Source: Candidatus Saccharicenans sp. (GTDB lineage: Bacteria > Acidobacteriota > Aminicenantia > Aminicenantales > Saccharicenantaceae). Taken from it: 64,000 nt of DNA. The notes beneath the pieces were generated by a model. It had not been told where the DNA came from and did no database searches. It saw only the letters and a list, made by a program, of their open reading frames with translations. Each line of letters begins with the position of its first letter. The stretch's first letter is position 1. Made by a program: the position numbers and the translations under genes. The stretch is taken from positions 1,520 through 65,519 of the forward strand of contig JASEIU010000001.1 in the NCBI GenBank assembly GCA_030017715.1, given 5' to 3'. Shown piece after piece: positions 9,123-19,300 of this stretch.

Positions 9123-10928
9123 CTATTTCCCGGACTGGTGCACGATACGTCCGCCCACCACGGTCAGCACAGAGTAAGTATGTCGGATCTCACTGGGCGG
9201 GATTTCAAAAATGTTCTGGTTGAGCAATATCATATCAGCCAGCTTGCCCGGTTCAATTGAGCCGCGCAGATTTTCTTCGTTGAGAGCGTAGGCTCCGCCC
9301 AGGGTGTAGGCCCTGATTGCTTCTTCCAAAGCCACCTTCTCGCCGGGAATCCAGCCGCCCGCGGGTTTTCCTGTCCAGTCTTCCCTGGTGACCGCCATCT
9401 GCAGCCCCGGCCAGGGATTGATGGTGACCACCGGCCAGTCGCTGCCGAAAGCCAGACGGCCTCCGGCTCTTAGGACTGATTTCCAGGGAAAGGCCCGTTG
9501 CTCCCGCTCGGGACCGACGTTTTTAATCCAGGCTGACATCCAGACCGGGTCCGGGTCGGCGTGGAGCGGCTGAAAGCTGGCGATGATGCCCGGGTTGTTA
9601 AAGCGCACGAAATCGTCGGCGGCGATGCACTCGACATGCTCAATTTTGTGGCGCAGTTCAGGATGTCCGCTTTCCTTCAGAGCTTTTTCATAAGCGTCGA
9701 GTGTGAGCTTGATTGCCCGGTCGCCGATCGAGTGGGTTGAGACCTGGATTCCGCGCCGGCTTAATTCCATGACGGCTTTAATATAATCTTCCGGCTCCCA
9801 GAAAAGTTTGCCGCTGTGCCCGTTCATTCCCTCGTAGGGCTGGAGCATGGCGCCGGTGCCGGAATCGATGACGCCATCCAGCATCAGCTTGACCCCGCGA
9901 ACCGCAAGCCAGGGGTCGTTGTACTTGGCCCGGGCGGCTTCATAGGCTTCAAAATCCTTTTCCCGCGGGCCCGGTTCGCTGACCCACATGGCTATCACCA
10001 GGCGAAGTGTCTGAGAGCCTTCCGCGCGGAGCTGTTCGAAGAGCTCCAGGTCTTCAAACTCGCCCCCCAACCCGTGAACGCAAGTAACGCCCCAGCGGGC
10101 AGCTTCCTGCATTCCGAGGCGCAGGCCCTCCAGCCGTTCTTCCCGTGTGGGCGAGGGAACCAGGCGACCAACAAGAGAGCTGGCGCCCTCAAGCAGCGCT
10201 CCGGTTGGCTCGCCCTTTTCGTCGCGGACGATTTTTCCGTCGGGCGGGTCAGGCGTTTTTCTGGTGATTCCGGCCAGCGCCAGAGCCTTGCTGTTCACCC
10301 AGCTGGTGTGGCCATCGGCGCAGCGCATGATGGCCGGCCGGTCGGAGACAACTTCATCAAGATATTTTTTGTGCGGCCTGTCGCCCGGAAAAGCTGAGTA
10401 CATCCAGCCCCGGCCCTGAATCCAGGGAAGTTCGGGATGCCCGGCAGCGAATTTTCTGATCCGTTGCTGGATTTCCTCGACCGTGCGGGTGCCGGCCAGG
10501 TCAACCCGGTTGAGGTTGATAGAACCGCCGACAAAGTGCACATGACTGTCCTGAAAACCGGGGAGAAGCAGGCGGCCTTCGGCCTGAATTATCTTTGTCT
10601 GCGACCCGGCGAATTTTTTAGCCTGGCGGTTTGAGCCAACGAACACAATCTGCTCGCCTTTTATGGCGACAGCTTCTGCCCGGGGCTGAGCCGGGTTTAC
10701 GGTATAGACCCGGGCGCCCGTTATGATGAGGTCGGCCGGCTCGGGCTTTCTGGCGCATCCGCTGAGCACAACCAGCGAAGTCAGCAGAACCGGCAGCAAC
10801 AGCAGGCAAGTTGATCTTAATAATTTCCAGGGATCAGTCTTCTTTGGAATTCTGTTCAAATTTCTTTCTGAATTTCCCAACCTTATTGCCGACCTGCCAC
10901 GCAACTTTATTCTCAATTTTTCCTCCAC
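9123..10928 (-). CDS. amidohydrolase-3 family metal-dependent hydrolase, lipoprotein-anchored
   Basis: 601 aa. Signal peptide with LSGC lipobox. GFQDSHVHFVGG metal-binding HxH motif near the N-terminus and an Asp near the C-terminus typical of the YtcJ-like amidohydrolase 3 family. Start codon uncertain (GTG, no clear ribosome-binding site). Confidence 0.8.
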   Translation of the reverse strand: MEEKLRIKLRGRSAIRLGNSERNLNRIPKKTDPWKLLRSTCLLLLPVLLTSLVVLSGCARKPEPADLIITGARVYTVNPAQPRAEAVAIKGEQIVFVGSNRQAKKFAGSQTKIIQAEGRLLLPGFQDSHVHFVGGSINLNRVDLAGTRTVEEIQQRIRKFAAGHPELPWIQGRGWMYSAFPGDRPHKKYLDEVVSDRPAIMRCADGHTSWVNSKALALAGITRKTPDPPDGKIVRDEKGEPTGALLEGASSLVGRLVPSPTREERLEGLRLGMQEAARWGVTCVHGLGGEFEDLELFEQLRAEGSQTLRLVIAMWVSEPGPREKDFEAYEAARAKYNDPWLAVRGVKLMLDGVIDSGTGAMLQPYEGMNGHSGKLFWEPEDYIKAVMELSRRGIQVSTHSIGDRAIKLTLDAYEKALKESGHPELRHKIEHVECIAADDFVRFNNPGIIASFQPLHADPDPVWMSAWIKNVGPEREQRAFPWKSVLRAGGRLAFGSDWPVVTINPWPGLQMAVTREDWTGKPAGGWIPGEKVALEEAIRAYTLGGAYALNEENLRGSIEPGKLADMILLNQNIFEIPPSEIRHTYSVLTVVGGRIVHQSGK

Positions 10929-11341
10929 GCTGATCTGTTCAGGAGTTATTATACAAATCTCGCCCGGGCAACCACAAAATAAAATTTAGAGATGTGACAA
11001 CAACCACCATTTTTTTCTGGCTTAAACAATAGCCTCAGCTATTTACAGGCTTGATGAAAATAAGGGGCTTATTTCCGACTCATATATGAGTGAGCATGCC
11101 GTTGCCAGATGTCAAGCATATTTCACTGCCATAGCCATACTTGGGTTAAATAGCTTGCCTATCGCGGGCCAGCGGGATCCCCTGGCTTCCGGCGTCCATA
11201 TTTCCGGGTATGAATGCCCATTGTTGCGCCCCGAATATCGATGCCACTATCACCCTTGCTCTCGAATCTCGGTTAAGGGGAATTGTTATTATTGACGCGG
11301 CGAAGGCAATCGGGTAAGCTGTATGAAAACAGGAGGACGAG

Positions 11342-12565
11342 ATGAAGAAGTCTGCTCTTAACCGGCGTGATTTTTTGAAGGTTGGCTTGACCGGGCTGGT
11401 GACCACCGGCGCGGCCGGCCTGCTTCTGGCTGAGGATAAGAAAAATCAGAAAAAAGGCTCGCCTGCCGGGACCGATAAGAACAGGACTAAGGAACCTCAG
11501 CCGCCCGGCGGCCGGCGGGAAGGATTTATATACAGAACACTTGGCCGGACCGGAGTGGTCCTGCCGGTTGTCTCGATGGGCGTTATGAATTCCGACAACC
11601 CGGAGCTGGTCAGGGCGGCGCTCGACTCAGGATTGGTACACCTGGACACGGCCCACGGCTACCAGCGCGGCCGAAATGAAGAAATTATAGGCCAGGTGCT
11701 CAAGGGGCGCCCGAGGGACAGTTATTTCATCGCCACCAAGGTTCGAGAAGGCGAAAAATTCCTGGAAATGGTCGATATAAGCCTTCAGCGGCTTGGTCTC
11801 GATTATGTTGATATACTCTACCTTCACAACCTGAGCAAGCGCGACAACGTCCTGGCCGAGGAAAATCTGAAGGTTATGGAACAGGTCAAAAAATCGGGCA
11901 AGGCCAGGTTTATTGGCGTCTCCACTCACTCTAACGAACACGAAGTGATCAGGGCGGCGGTTGAAGCCAGAATTTATGACGTGGTCCTGACTGCCTATAA
12001 TTTCCGAAAAGAAAACATAAAAGAACTGGATGCGGCTATGGCCGAAGCGGCCGCGGTCGGAGTTGGACTGGTGGCTATGAAAACCATGGCCGGGGCTTTC
12101 TGGGATAAGCAGCGCACCCAGCCGATTAACACCAAAGCGGCCCTGAAGTGGGCAATGAACAATCCAAACCTGACTACATCCATTCCCGGGATGACCACCT
12201 TTGACCAGTTGAAAAGCAACCTCGAAGTGGTCAAGGACCTGAAGCTGACTCCGGAGGAGCTTTACGACCTCAAAATGGGAGAGGCCGCGCCGCAGAGTGG
12301 CCTTTACTGCCAGGGCTGTGAGCGCTGTGTCCCTCAGTGTCCGAAGCAGTTACCGATTCCCGAAATGATGCGCGCTTACATGTACGCTTACGGGTATAAA
12401 AATCTGGCTGCGGCTCACGAGCTGGTCAGCTCCCTCAACCTGCCGGATAATCCCTGCGCCGGCTGCGCCAGCTGTTCGGTGAAATGCGCTTTTAAGTTTG
12501 ATGTCCGCGACCGGCTGGTTGATATCAATCGGCTGAAAGCAGTCCCGGCCGAATTTTTCGCCTGA
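11342..12565 (+). CDS. Tat-exported aldo/keto reductase with C-terminal Cys-rich Fe-S domain
   Basis: RRDFLKVGLTG twin-arginine motif. Aldo/keto-reductase core (GLVHLDTAHGYQRGRNE, IGVSTHS). C-terminal CQGCERCVPQCP and CAGCASCSVKC are ferredoxin-like motifs. AGGAGG ribosome-binding site. Confidence 0.85.
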   Translation: MKKSALNRRDFLKVGLTGLVTTGAAGLLLAEDKKNQKKGSPAGTDKNRTKEPQPPGGRREGFIYRTLGRTGVVLPVVSMGVMNSDNPELVRAALDSGLVHLDTAHGYQRGRNEEIIGQVLKGRPRDSYFIATKVREGEKFLEMVDISLQRLGLDYVDILYLHNLSKRDNVLAEENLKVMEQVKKSGKARFIGVSTHSNEHEVIRAAVEARIYDVVLTAYNFRKENIKELDAAMAEAAAVGVGLVAMKTMAGAFWDKQRTQPINTKAALKWAMNNPNLTTSIPGMTTFDQLKSNLEVVKDLKLTPEELYDLKMGEAAPQSGLYCQGCERCVPQCPKQLPIPEMMRAYMYAYGYKNLAAAHELVSSLNLPDNPCAGCASCSVKCAFKFDVRDRLVDINRLKAVPAEFFA

Positions 12566-12588
12566 CAGACTGCCTCTGAGGCTCAGAT

Positions 12589-13563
12589 TTAGCGTCTGAT
12601 TAAACTCAGGACTTTATCTATCACCAGGGCGTTGCCGTAAGAATCCTGAAAATCCAGCAGGGGGTTGACCTGTCCGCGTATAGCTTCGCCAAAATGCTCT
12701 ATCATCAGCTGAAACTGGTCGGCCGGCGGGAAATGGAAAATTTCGGTCTTCTGGTTCCGGGTGAGCTGGATTTCCGTTTCAAAGTGCTTGGCTGAAAAAG
12801 CCCGGTCGAGAAAAATCCGGCCGAAGCGACCAGAGATTTCCAGCCTGCTCTGGAATTCAAGCTCGAAGCTGCAGGTAAGAAGCGCCTGACGGTTTCCGGG
12901 AAAAGTCAGGAGAAGGGAAACAGTCAGGTCAATGCCGGTGTTTTGGTCGCAGCGGGTGGCGGCTTCGATTCTTATCGGTTCGGATTTGAAGATCAGTCGG
13001 GCGGCGTTTATCGGGTAACAGCCGACATCATAAAGAGCTCCGCCGCCGTAAGCCGGATTCCAGCGGTAATTCGAAAGGTCGCGGTCAAAGATAAAGTTAA
13101 AAGCCCCGCGGACAACAAGCGGCTCGCCGATAGCGCCGGAGTCTATGAGTTCGAGCGCTTGCTTCAGTCGTGGATGGAAGCGGTACATGAAGCCTTCCAT
13201 CAGCAGGCGATTGTTCTTTTCGGCCTCGGCGAACATTTCCCGGACTTCAACTGCGGTGAGAGCCAGGGGTTTCTCGCAGAGAACATGTTTTCCGGCGCGA
13301 AGGGCGGCAATGCTCAACGGATAATGAAGGTGATTGGGGAGCGGGTTATAGATAGCGTCTATTTCCGGGTCGGCCAGAAGCTCTTGGTAAGAGCTGTAGG
13401 CTTTTTTGATTCCAAACCGGGCGGCCCAGTCCTTAGCTTTCTTTATGTCCCGGGAAGCGATGGCCAACAGCTCGACGCCAGAGGCTTTTTTTATGGCCGG
13501 AATGAAGGTGTGCTCGGCGATGGCCGCGCACCCGAGTATTCCCCACCTGATTTTTTCAGTCAT
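12589..13563 (-). CDS. Gfo/Idh/MocA family NAD(P)-dependent oxidoreductase
   Basis: N-terminal Rossmann motif IRWGILGCAAIAEHTFIPAI and an EKP motif (HVLCEKPLA) are diagnostic of the family. Confidence 0.85.
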   Translation of the reverse strand: MTEKIRWGILGCAAIAEHTFIPAIKKASGVELLAIASRDIKKAKDWAARFGIKKAYSSYQELLADPEIDAIYNPLPNHLHYPLSIAALRAGKHVLCEKPLALTAVEVREMFAEAEKNNRLLMEGFMYRFHPRLKQALELIDSGAIGEPLVVRGAFNFIFDRDLSNYRWNPAYGGGALYDVGCYPINAARLIFKSEPIRIEAATRCDQNTGIDLTVSLLLTFPGNRQALLTCSFELEFQSRLEISGRFGRIFLDRAFSAKHFETEIQLTRNQKTEIFHFPPADQFQLMIEHFGEAIRGQVNPLLDFQDSYGNALVIDKVLSLIRR

Positions 13564-14087
13564 CTTTCTGCCCTCACCTTGAAGATTATAATAAAAAAGG
13601 TCCGGAACTTGTATCGCTTCGCCTGGAAGAGTCGGTTCAGGCCGTGTTCATTTGCTCGGTCAAGACGCCTGATTTGGAAAGGCATCATTTGTTGGAATAA
13701 ATTCCTTTGCAATTTCTCGGCCGGCTCAAATTAATTAAATTCGGCCTGTCAACACAATTTATTAAGTTCAGTTCAGAGACTCCAGAAATGAACCCCCGGC
13801 TTTCTTCGGCCATCTTATTTAAATTTAGACCGGAGCTCCGGTTTCTGGCACTTGATGGCGTTAGCCGTTTTTCGGTCTGCGGATATGATCCGGGATGTGG
13901 CGGGCAGCAGCCGGGTAATATATGAATAGGTGTTCATATATAATTACCGCCAGGTCATAGAGCCTGAAACAAACTCCAGCTTGAATGTATGGTCAGAATA
14001 ATGAATCATATCAGCCCGACCTGTTGACCGCGGGGGCGGATCTCTGTCACCGGAAATAAATTGGGGAATGAGTATTGTGTCCCCCGT

Positions 14088-15302
14088 TTAAAATTGCTTC
14101 ATCTTTTTGAGGAAGGCGGGGTCGACGTCGCAGCCGAGGCCCGGCGCTTCCGGCAGATAAATCGTGCCCTTCTCCACCTTTATTCCGCCGACCACCGGGT
14201 CGACTTTGTGTTCGGAGTTCCCGTCAAGGTCGGCAAAGACGATGTTTTTCTGGCTGGCCACTAAGTGTGCCGCCGCCGTCAGCCCGAGTCTGGTTTCGAG
14301 CATGCAGCCGACCATGCATTTGACGTTGGCCGCAGCGGCCACATGAGCGATTTTCAACGAATTCAGGATACCGCCGGCCTTCATTAATTTGATGTTGAAA
14401 TAATCGCAGGCTTCTTCCTTTATCAATTTGATGGCGTCAGCCGGGCCAAAGAGAGATTCGTCGGCCATGATTGGAACCGGCGATTGAGAGCGGACCTGCT
14501 TCAGCCCGTAAATGTCCGCGTCCTTTACCGGCTGCTCGCAGAATTCTATCCGATAGGCCTCCATTTTTTTCAGGGCATAGATGGCTTCGGGCACCGACCA
14601 GCCCTGGTTGGCGTCCAGCCGGAGTTTTGTGTCCTGGCCGATCGCCTGGCGCACGGCCGCCACCCGCTGGACATCCAGGTCGGGGTTCTGGCCGACTTTG
14701 ATTTTTATCTGGCGGTAGCCTTGCTCGACATTTTCCTTAGCGCTGGAAGCCATTTTTTCCGGCGTGTTCAGACCGGTGGTCATATCGGTTTCGAAGCTGG
14801 AGCGATATCCACCCAGTAAGCGGTAAACCGGCAGGCCGGCCGCTTTGCCGAGCAGGTCATAAAGGGCCGAATCGAAAGCAGCCACGGCGCTCGGGTTTGA
14901 ATGGACGATATTTCCTATTCCGTCAATCAGGCCTTCAATATTCAGCGGGTCCTTGTCGACCAGAATCTCCCTGATGGCTCTGGCGGCGGCGATGTTGCTG
15001 TCCTGAGTTTCTCCGGTGATCGGCGGGAAGGGACAGGCTTCGCCTATTCCATAAAGACCGCTGTCGGTTATGATTTTAACCAGAACGTCATTGGCCGCAT
15101 ACATTGTGCCGATGGCAATGCTGAATGGCTCAAAAAGCGGAACGTCAAAAGTATATATCTCAATCTTTTTTATTTTCATTTTTTTAACTTCATCGCGAGC
15201 AGCCGCCAGTCGGGGCGAAGCCAGGCTGAGTTTTTCCGAAAAAGCGGCTGAGGCCACACCCAGTCCGAAAAACTTAAGAAATTGTTTGCGGCTGATTTTC
15301 AT
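14088..15302 (-). CDS. enolase-superfamily enzyme (mandelate racemase/muconate lactonizing enzyme-like; dipeptide epimerase-like) with N-terminal signal
   Basis: 404 aa. Export signal MKISRKQFLKFFGLGVASAAF. The capping domain and barrel with a KIKVG-type motif (QIKIKVGQNPDLD) and conserved acidic metal ligands indicate the MR/MLE family. AAGGAGAG ribosome-binding site. Confidence 0.8.
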   Translation of the reverse strand: MKISRKQFLKFFGLGVASAAFSEKLSLASPRLAAARDEVKKMKIKKIEIYTFDVPLFEPFSIAIGTMYAANDVLVKIITDSGLYGIGEACPFPPITGETQDSNIAAARAIREILVDKDPLNIEGLIDGIGNIVHSNPSAVAAFDSALYDLLGKAAGLPVYRLLGGYRSSFETDMTTGLNTPEKMASSAKENVEQGYRQIKIKVGQNPDLDVQRVAAVRQAIGQDTKLRLDANQGWSVPEAIYALKKMEAYRIEFCEQPVKDADIYGLKQVRSQSPVPIMADESLFGPADAIKLIKEEACDYFNIKLMKAGGILNSLKIAHVAAAANVKCMVGCMLETRLGLTAAAHLVASQKNIVFADLDGNSEHKVDPVVGGIKVEKGTIYLPEAPGLGCDVDPAFLKKMKQF

Positions 15303-15540
15303 TTTCTCTCTCCTTTCCTTTTCTATGGGCGCTGGCCAACCTGACCAGGCGCTAACGAGGCCGCCTGACCGGGCTAAAGTCTTAAGAGACTTTTATCCCT
15401 TTGGCCTCCAGCTCGGGCTGTATTTCGGGCGACTCTCGCTGTTTTCAATTTCTGCTTTTTTAGCTCCAGGCCTAATTTGATTTTAGGAAAATCTGCCTTC
15501 AAGCTCAATAAAAACCTCGGTCTGAGCCTGAGCAAATCTT

Positions 15541-15910
15541 TTTCGGGGGTGGGCGGCCAGGCCCCGGGCTCTTCCGGCCTCGGCGGTTCCGGTTCTATTC
15601 GGCGGTTCCCTGGCGACTACGGTCGGGTGGGTGCGATTGAATATCGGATTGCTGCTGCTAAGCCTGCTGGCCATGGCTCTTCTTCACACCGCAGCCAACA
15701 TGCTGTCCGACGTCATCGACTGGAAAAGGGGGCTCGACCGGGAAGCCACTCCGGTCAGCGGGGCGGTCGTTCGCGGGTTGCTCAGCCCTCAGCAAGTGTT
15801 GAAGGGGGTGGCGGTTCTTTTTGTTCTGGGCTCAGCCCTGGGGCTGATTTTAATCTGGCTACGGGGAATTCTTATTTTATACATAGAAATAGCAGGAATA
15901 ATTTTAGGTC
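15541..15910 (+). pseudogene. truncated duplicate of the 5' region of the MenA-like prenyltransferase gene (no start codon; diverges after ~123 codons)
   Basis: Nucleotide stretch 15541-15910 is roughly 95% identical to 24841-25210. It is in frame for ...ALPASAVPVLFGGSLATTVGWVRLNIGLLLLSLLAMALLHTAANMLSDVIDWKRGLDRE..., but the native N-terminus and the whole C-terminal half are missing. Confidence 0.6.
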
Positions 15911-16322
15911 TAACCCATTCCCGGCCAATAACTCCGGGGCCCGGGGGTTACTCAGGTCTGAGGAGCAAAATTTTTACCGCGGTAAATAGATGTCTGAAGT
16001 CCCGGAGGGATGCGCGGCCAAAGGGCCCCTGACAAAAGGAACTGTCACCGAAACGATCAGGTTATCGACGGCGCCCAAATTTTTGACATGGTCGGCCGTT
16101 ATTCTTATCATAATTCCATAGCCGGGATAGAGGAAGAAGGTGCATAACATAACAGAAGGCATTACGATCCGCTCCCGTTTAGAACTTTACGGTGTTCGGC
16201 GCGGCCCGCTGCCCTCTGGAATGCGGGCGAAAAAATGTCTCTGGACCCGGATTCCCCGGCTGTTCCTGTCTGCAAATTCTTTATGCTTACGAATATTTTG
16301 AGTCTCTAGAAAGGGGGATAAC

Positions 16323-19300
16323 ATGAACAAAACGGCGAAGATATTCTGCCTGATCTTTCTGGTCCTGATGATTGGCGGACTCGTCTCCTGCCGCAAGGAA
16401 AAAGCCAAACCCGGCGTATCTATGGAGCCGGACTGGTATCATTACATCTCGGCCCATACTTCGGGTACCGTGCCCCGCCGGGCGCGAATCCGGGTGGTTT
16501 TTGTGGAAGAAGTGGGGAAACCCGGAGAGGAGTCCGTCGGTCTTCTGGAAATAAATCCCCCGGTTCCGGGCAAGCTGGTCTGGGCAACCAACCGGGTGCT
16601 GATGCTGATTCCGAACACCGAACTCAAACCGGATACCGAATACACCGCCACCCTCAACCTCAACAAAATAATGAAACTGCCGGAGGAATACAGCAAGTTT
16701 GTCTTCAGCTTCCGAACGATCAAGCAGCTTATGGAAATGAACATTGAGGGCCTCTATCCGGAAGACGAAACCCGGCCGGAAATCCTGACTCTTAAGGGGC
16801 AGCTTCTCACCTCAGACATGGAAGAACCTCTGGCGGTGGAAAAAATACTTCAGGCCGAGCAAGAAGGGAAAAGCCTGGGAATAAGCTGGAGTCACTCGGG
16901 CGACGGGACCGGTCATTATTTTTCTGTTCGTAACATCATCCGCGGGGAAGAACAATCCAGGGTCAGACTCAGATGGGACGGCAGTCCGCTCAACATCAGC
17001 GACCGGGGCGAGCGGGAAATCGAAATTCCTCCGCTGTCTCAGTTTGACCTGTCGCTGGTGACGGCCGTCTGGGAAGACTCGCCACACATTCTCCTTCAGT
17101 TTACCGATGCTCTCGACCGGAGTCAGAAGCTTAAAGGCCTGATTGAAATTGAAGGTTATCCCCTGAACTTTGAAATCGACCAGAACAAAATCAGGGTTTA
17201 CAGTCCGCGGTCTTTCCGGGGCGCGGTCGAAGTGAAAATATTCCCGGGCATCCGGAGCGTCAACCGAAGGACCTTTACCCGGGAAGAAACCAGAACGGTC
17301 GTTTTCGGGACTCCGCTGCCAAGTGTCAGATTCGTCGGGAACGGCGTGATCCTGCCGAGAAAGGAACGCCTGACAGTGCCGATTGAAGCCATCAATCTGA
17401 AATCCATTCAGGTGACTGTCTTCAAGATTTACGGCCAGAATATTCCTCAATTTCTTCAGGTGAACGACCTGGCCGGGACGCGCGAACTGGTCAGGGTTGG
17501 AAAATATCTCTGGCGCAAAACCGTCAGTCTGTCCGACGACCCTGAGGTAACTTCGCGCTGGGCCCGCTACGACCTGGACGTGACGCCCCTTTTTCAGGAG
17601 GACCCGAGCGGCATTTACCGGATAATTCTATCCTTCAACCGCGGCAATTCAACCTATCCCTGCCCGGAGAGCATCGAACCCCACAAGACGGAACCGCCCC
17701 TCGAGAGTCAGGCGGAGAGCTCTGATTACTATTATTACTGGGATGAAACTTATGGTTATCCCTACCTTCAGAATGGCTGGCTTTATAGAAACGACCCCTG
17801 CCACGACGCCTATTATAACCCCCATTTCAACCGGGAAGCAGTTGTCGGCCGCAATTTCCTGGTTTCCAACCTGGGGCTTCTGGCCAAGCTGGAAAAAAAT
17901 AATCAGCTGCATGCGGTGGTCACCGACCTGAGAACGGCTCAGCCGCTTTCGGGCGCAAGAGTTGAGGTCTTCAACTATCAACAGCAATTGCTGGCTTCAG
18001 CCGACAGCGACGGAAACGGCTTTGCCGTTTTCAGCCTTAAGGAGAAGCCGTTTCTGGTGGTGGCCAGGTCCGGAAAGGAGCTCGGCTATCTCCGTCTGGG
18101 CAACGAGACGGTTATTTCTCTCAGCAGTTTTGATATCGGTGGCGAAACGGTCAACAGGGGCCTCAAGGGCTACATCTATGGCGAGCGTGGGGTCTGGAGG
18201 CCTGGCGATACTCTTTTTCTGACCTTTGCCCTTTTTGACCGGGAGAAGAGCCTGCCCGAAGACCATCCGGTGGTCATGGAATTTTATTCGCCGCAGGGAC
18301 AGCTCTACCGGACCCTGAAACCGGAAAAATCGCTGGGCGGATTTTATGCTTTTAAAATTGAGACCGAGGAAAACATTCAAACCGGGCCCTGGCAGGCTAA
18401 GGTTCTGGTCGGCGGAGTGACTTTTAGCAGAACCTTCCGCATTGAAACCGTTGTTCCGAATCGGCTGAAGATTGATTTTCAAACAGGCAGGGAAATTATC
18501 ACCAGGAAAGACCGGCCGCTGCAGGCGACACTATCGGCTCAATGGCTCCATGGAGCCACAGCACCCAACCTGAAGTTTGACGTAACGGTTAATCTGACTT
18601 CGCGAAAAACGGCCTTTGCTGATTTTCCGGACTTCGTTTTTGACGACCCCTCGAGAGAACAGATTTCGGGTGAGGAGACGACGGTAAAAGGTCAGCTTGA
18701 CCAGCAGGGAAAGGCCCTGGTGAAACTGGGGCTGGAAACCTCGGTTGAGGCTCCCGGTTCCCTGACGGCCGGTTTTGTGACCAGGGTTTTTGAGGAATCG
18801 GGCGATTTCAGCATAGATACCTTCAGTCAGGTTTTCCATCCCTATGACCACTATGTTGGGATCAAGGTCCGTGGCGAGCAAAAGGGTTACGGCTATCTGG
18901 AAACCGGCAAAGACCAGGAGGTCGAGGTGGTGGTGGTTGACAGCCGGGGCAAACCGGTTTCAAACAGGAAAGTAAGAGTTTCGCTCTACAAAATCGGCTG
19001 GAGATGGTGGTGGGAAAGGGAAGGCCAATCGCTCGCGGACTATATGTCCAAGCCTTACACCCGGCCGATCGCCAGCGGCGAGGTGGTCATCGAAAACGGC
19101 CGGGCCGTCTGGAAGTTCAACCTCAGGGCTGAGGACTGGGGCCGGTATTTCATCAGAGCTGAAGATATGGAGGGCGATCACACCACCGGACTGACGGTCT
19201 ACGTAGACTGGCCCGACTGGACCGGTCGTTCGCGGGCAGCCGGCGGGGAGGCCGCGACTCGACTGGTTCTGGCCTCTGATAAAACCAGCTATCTGGTGGG

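Noticed and set aside
9816-10989. Plus-strand ORFs overlapping the amidohydrolase gene (9816-10397, 10147-10419, 10437-10634, 10723-10989)
   Set aside because: They are antisense to a 601-aa amidohydrolase ORF with an HxH motif and have no independent support.
15477-15989. 170-aa ORF at 15477-15989 and 100-aa ORF at 24929-25231 with near-identical Gly/Ser/Arg-rich translations
   Set aside because: They are the same alternative frame of the two menA repeat copies. The low-complexity, Arg-rich composition is typical of wrong-frame translation of GC-rich coding DNA.
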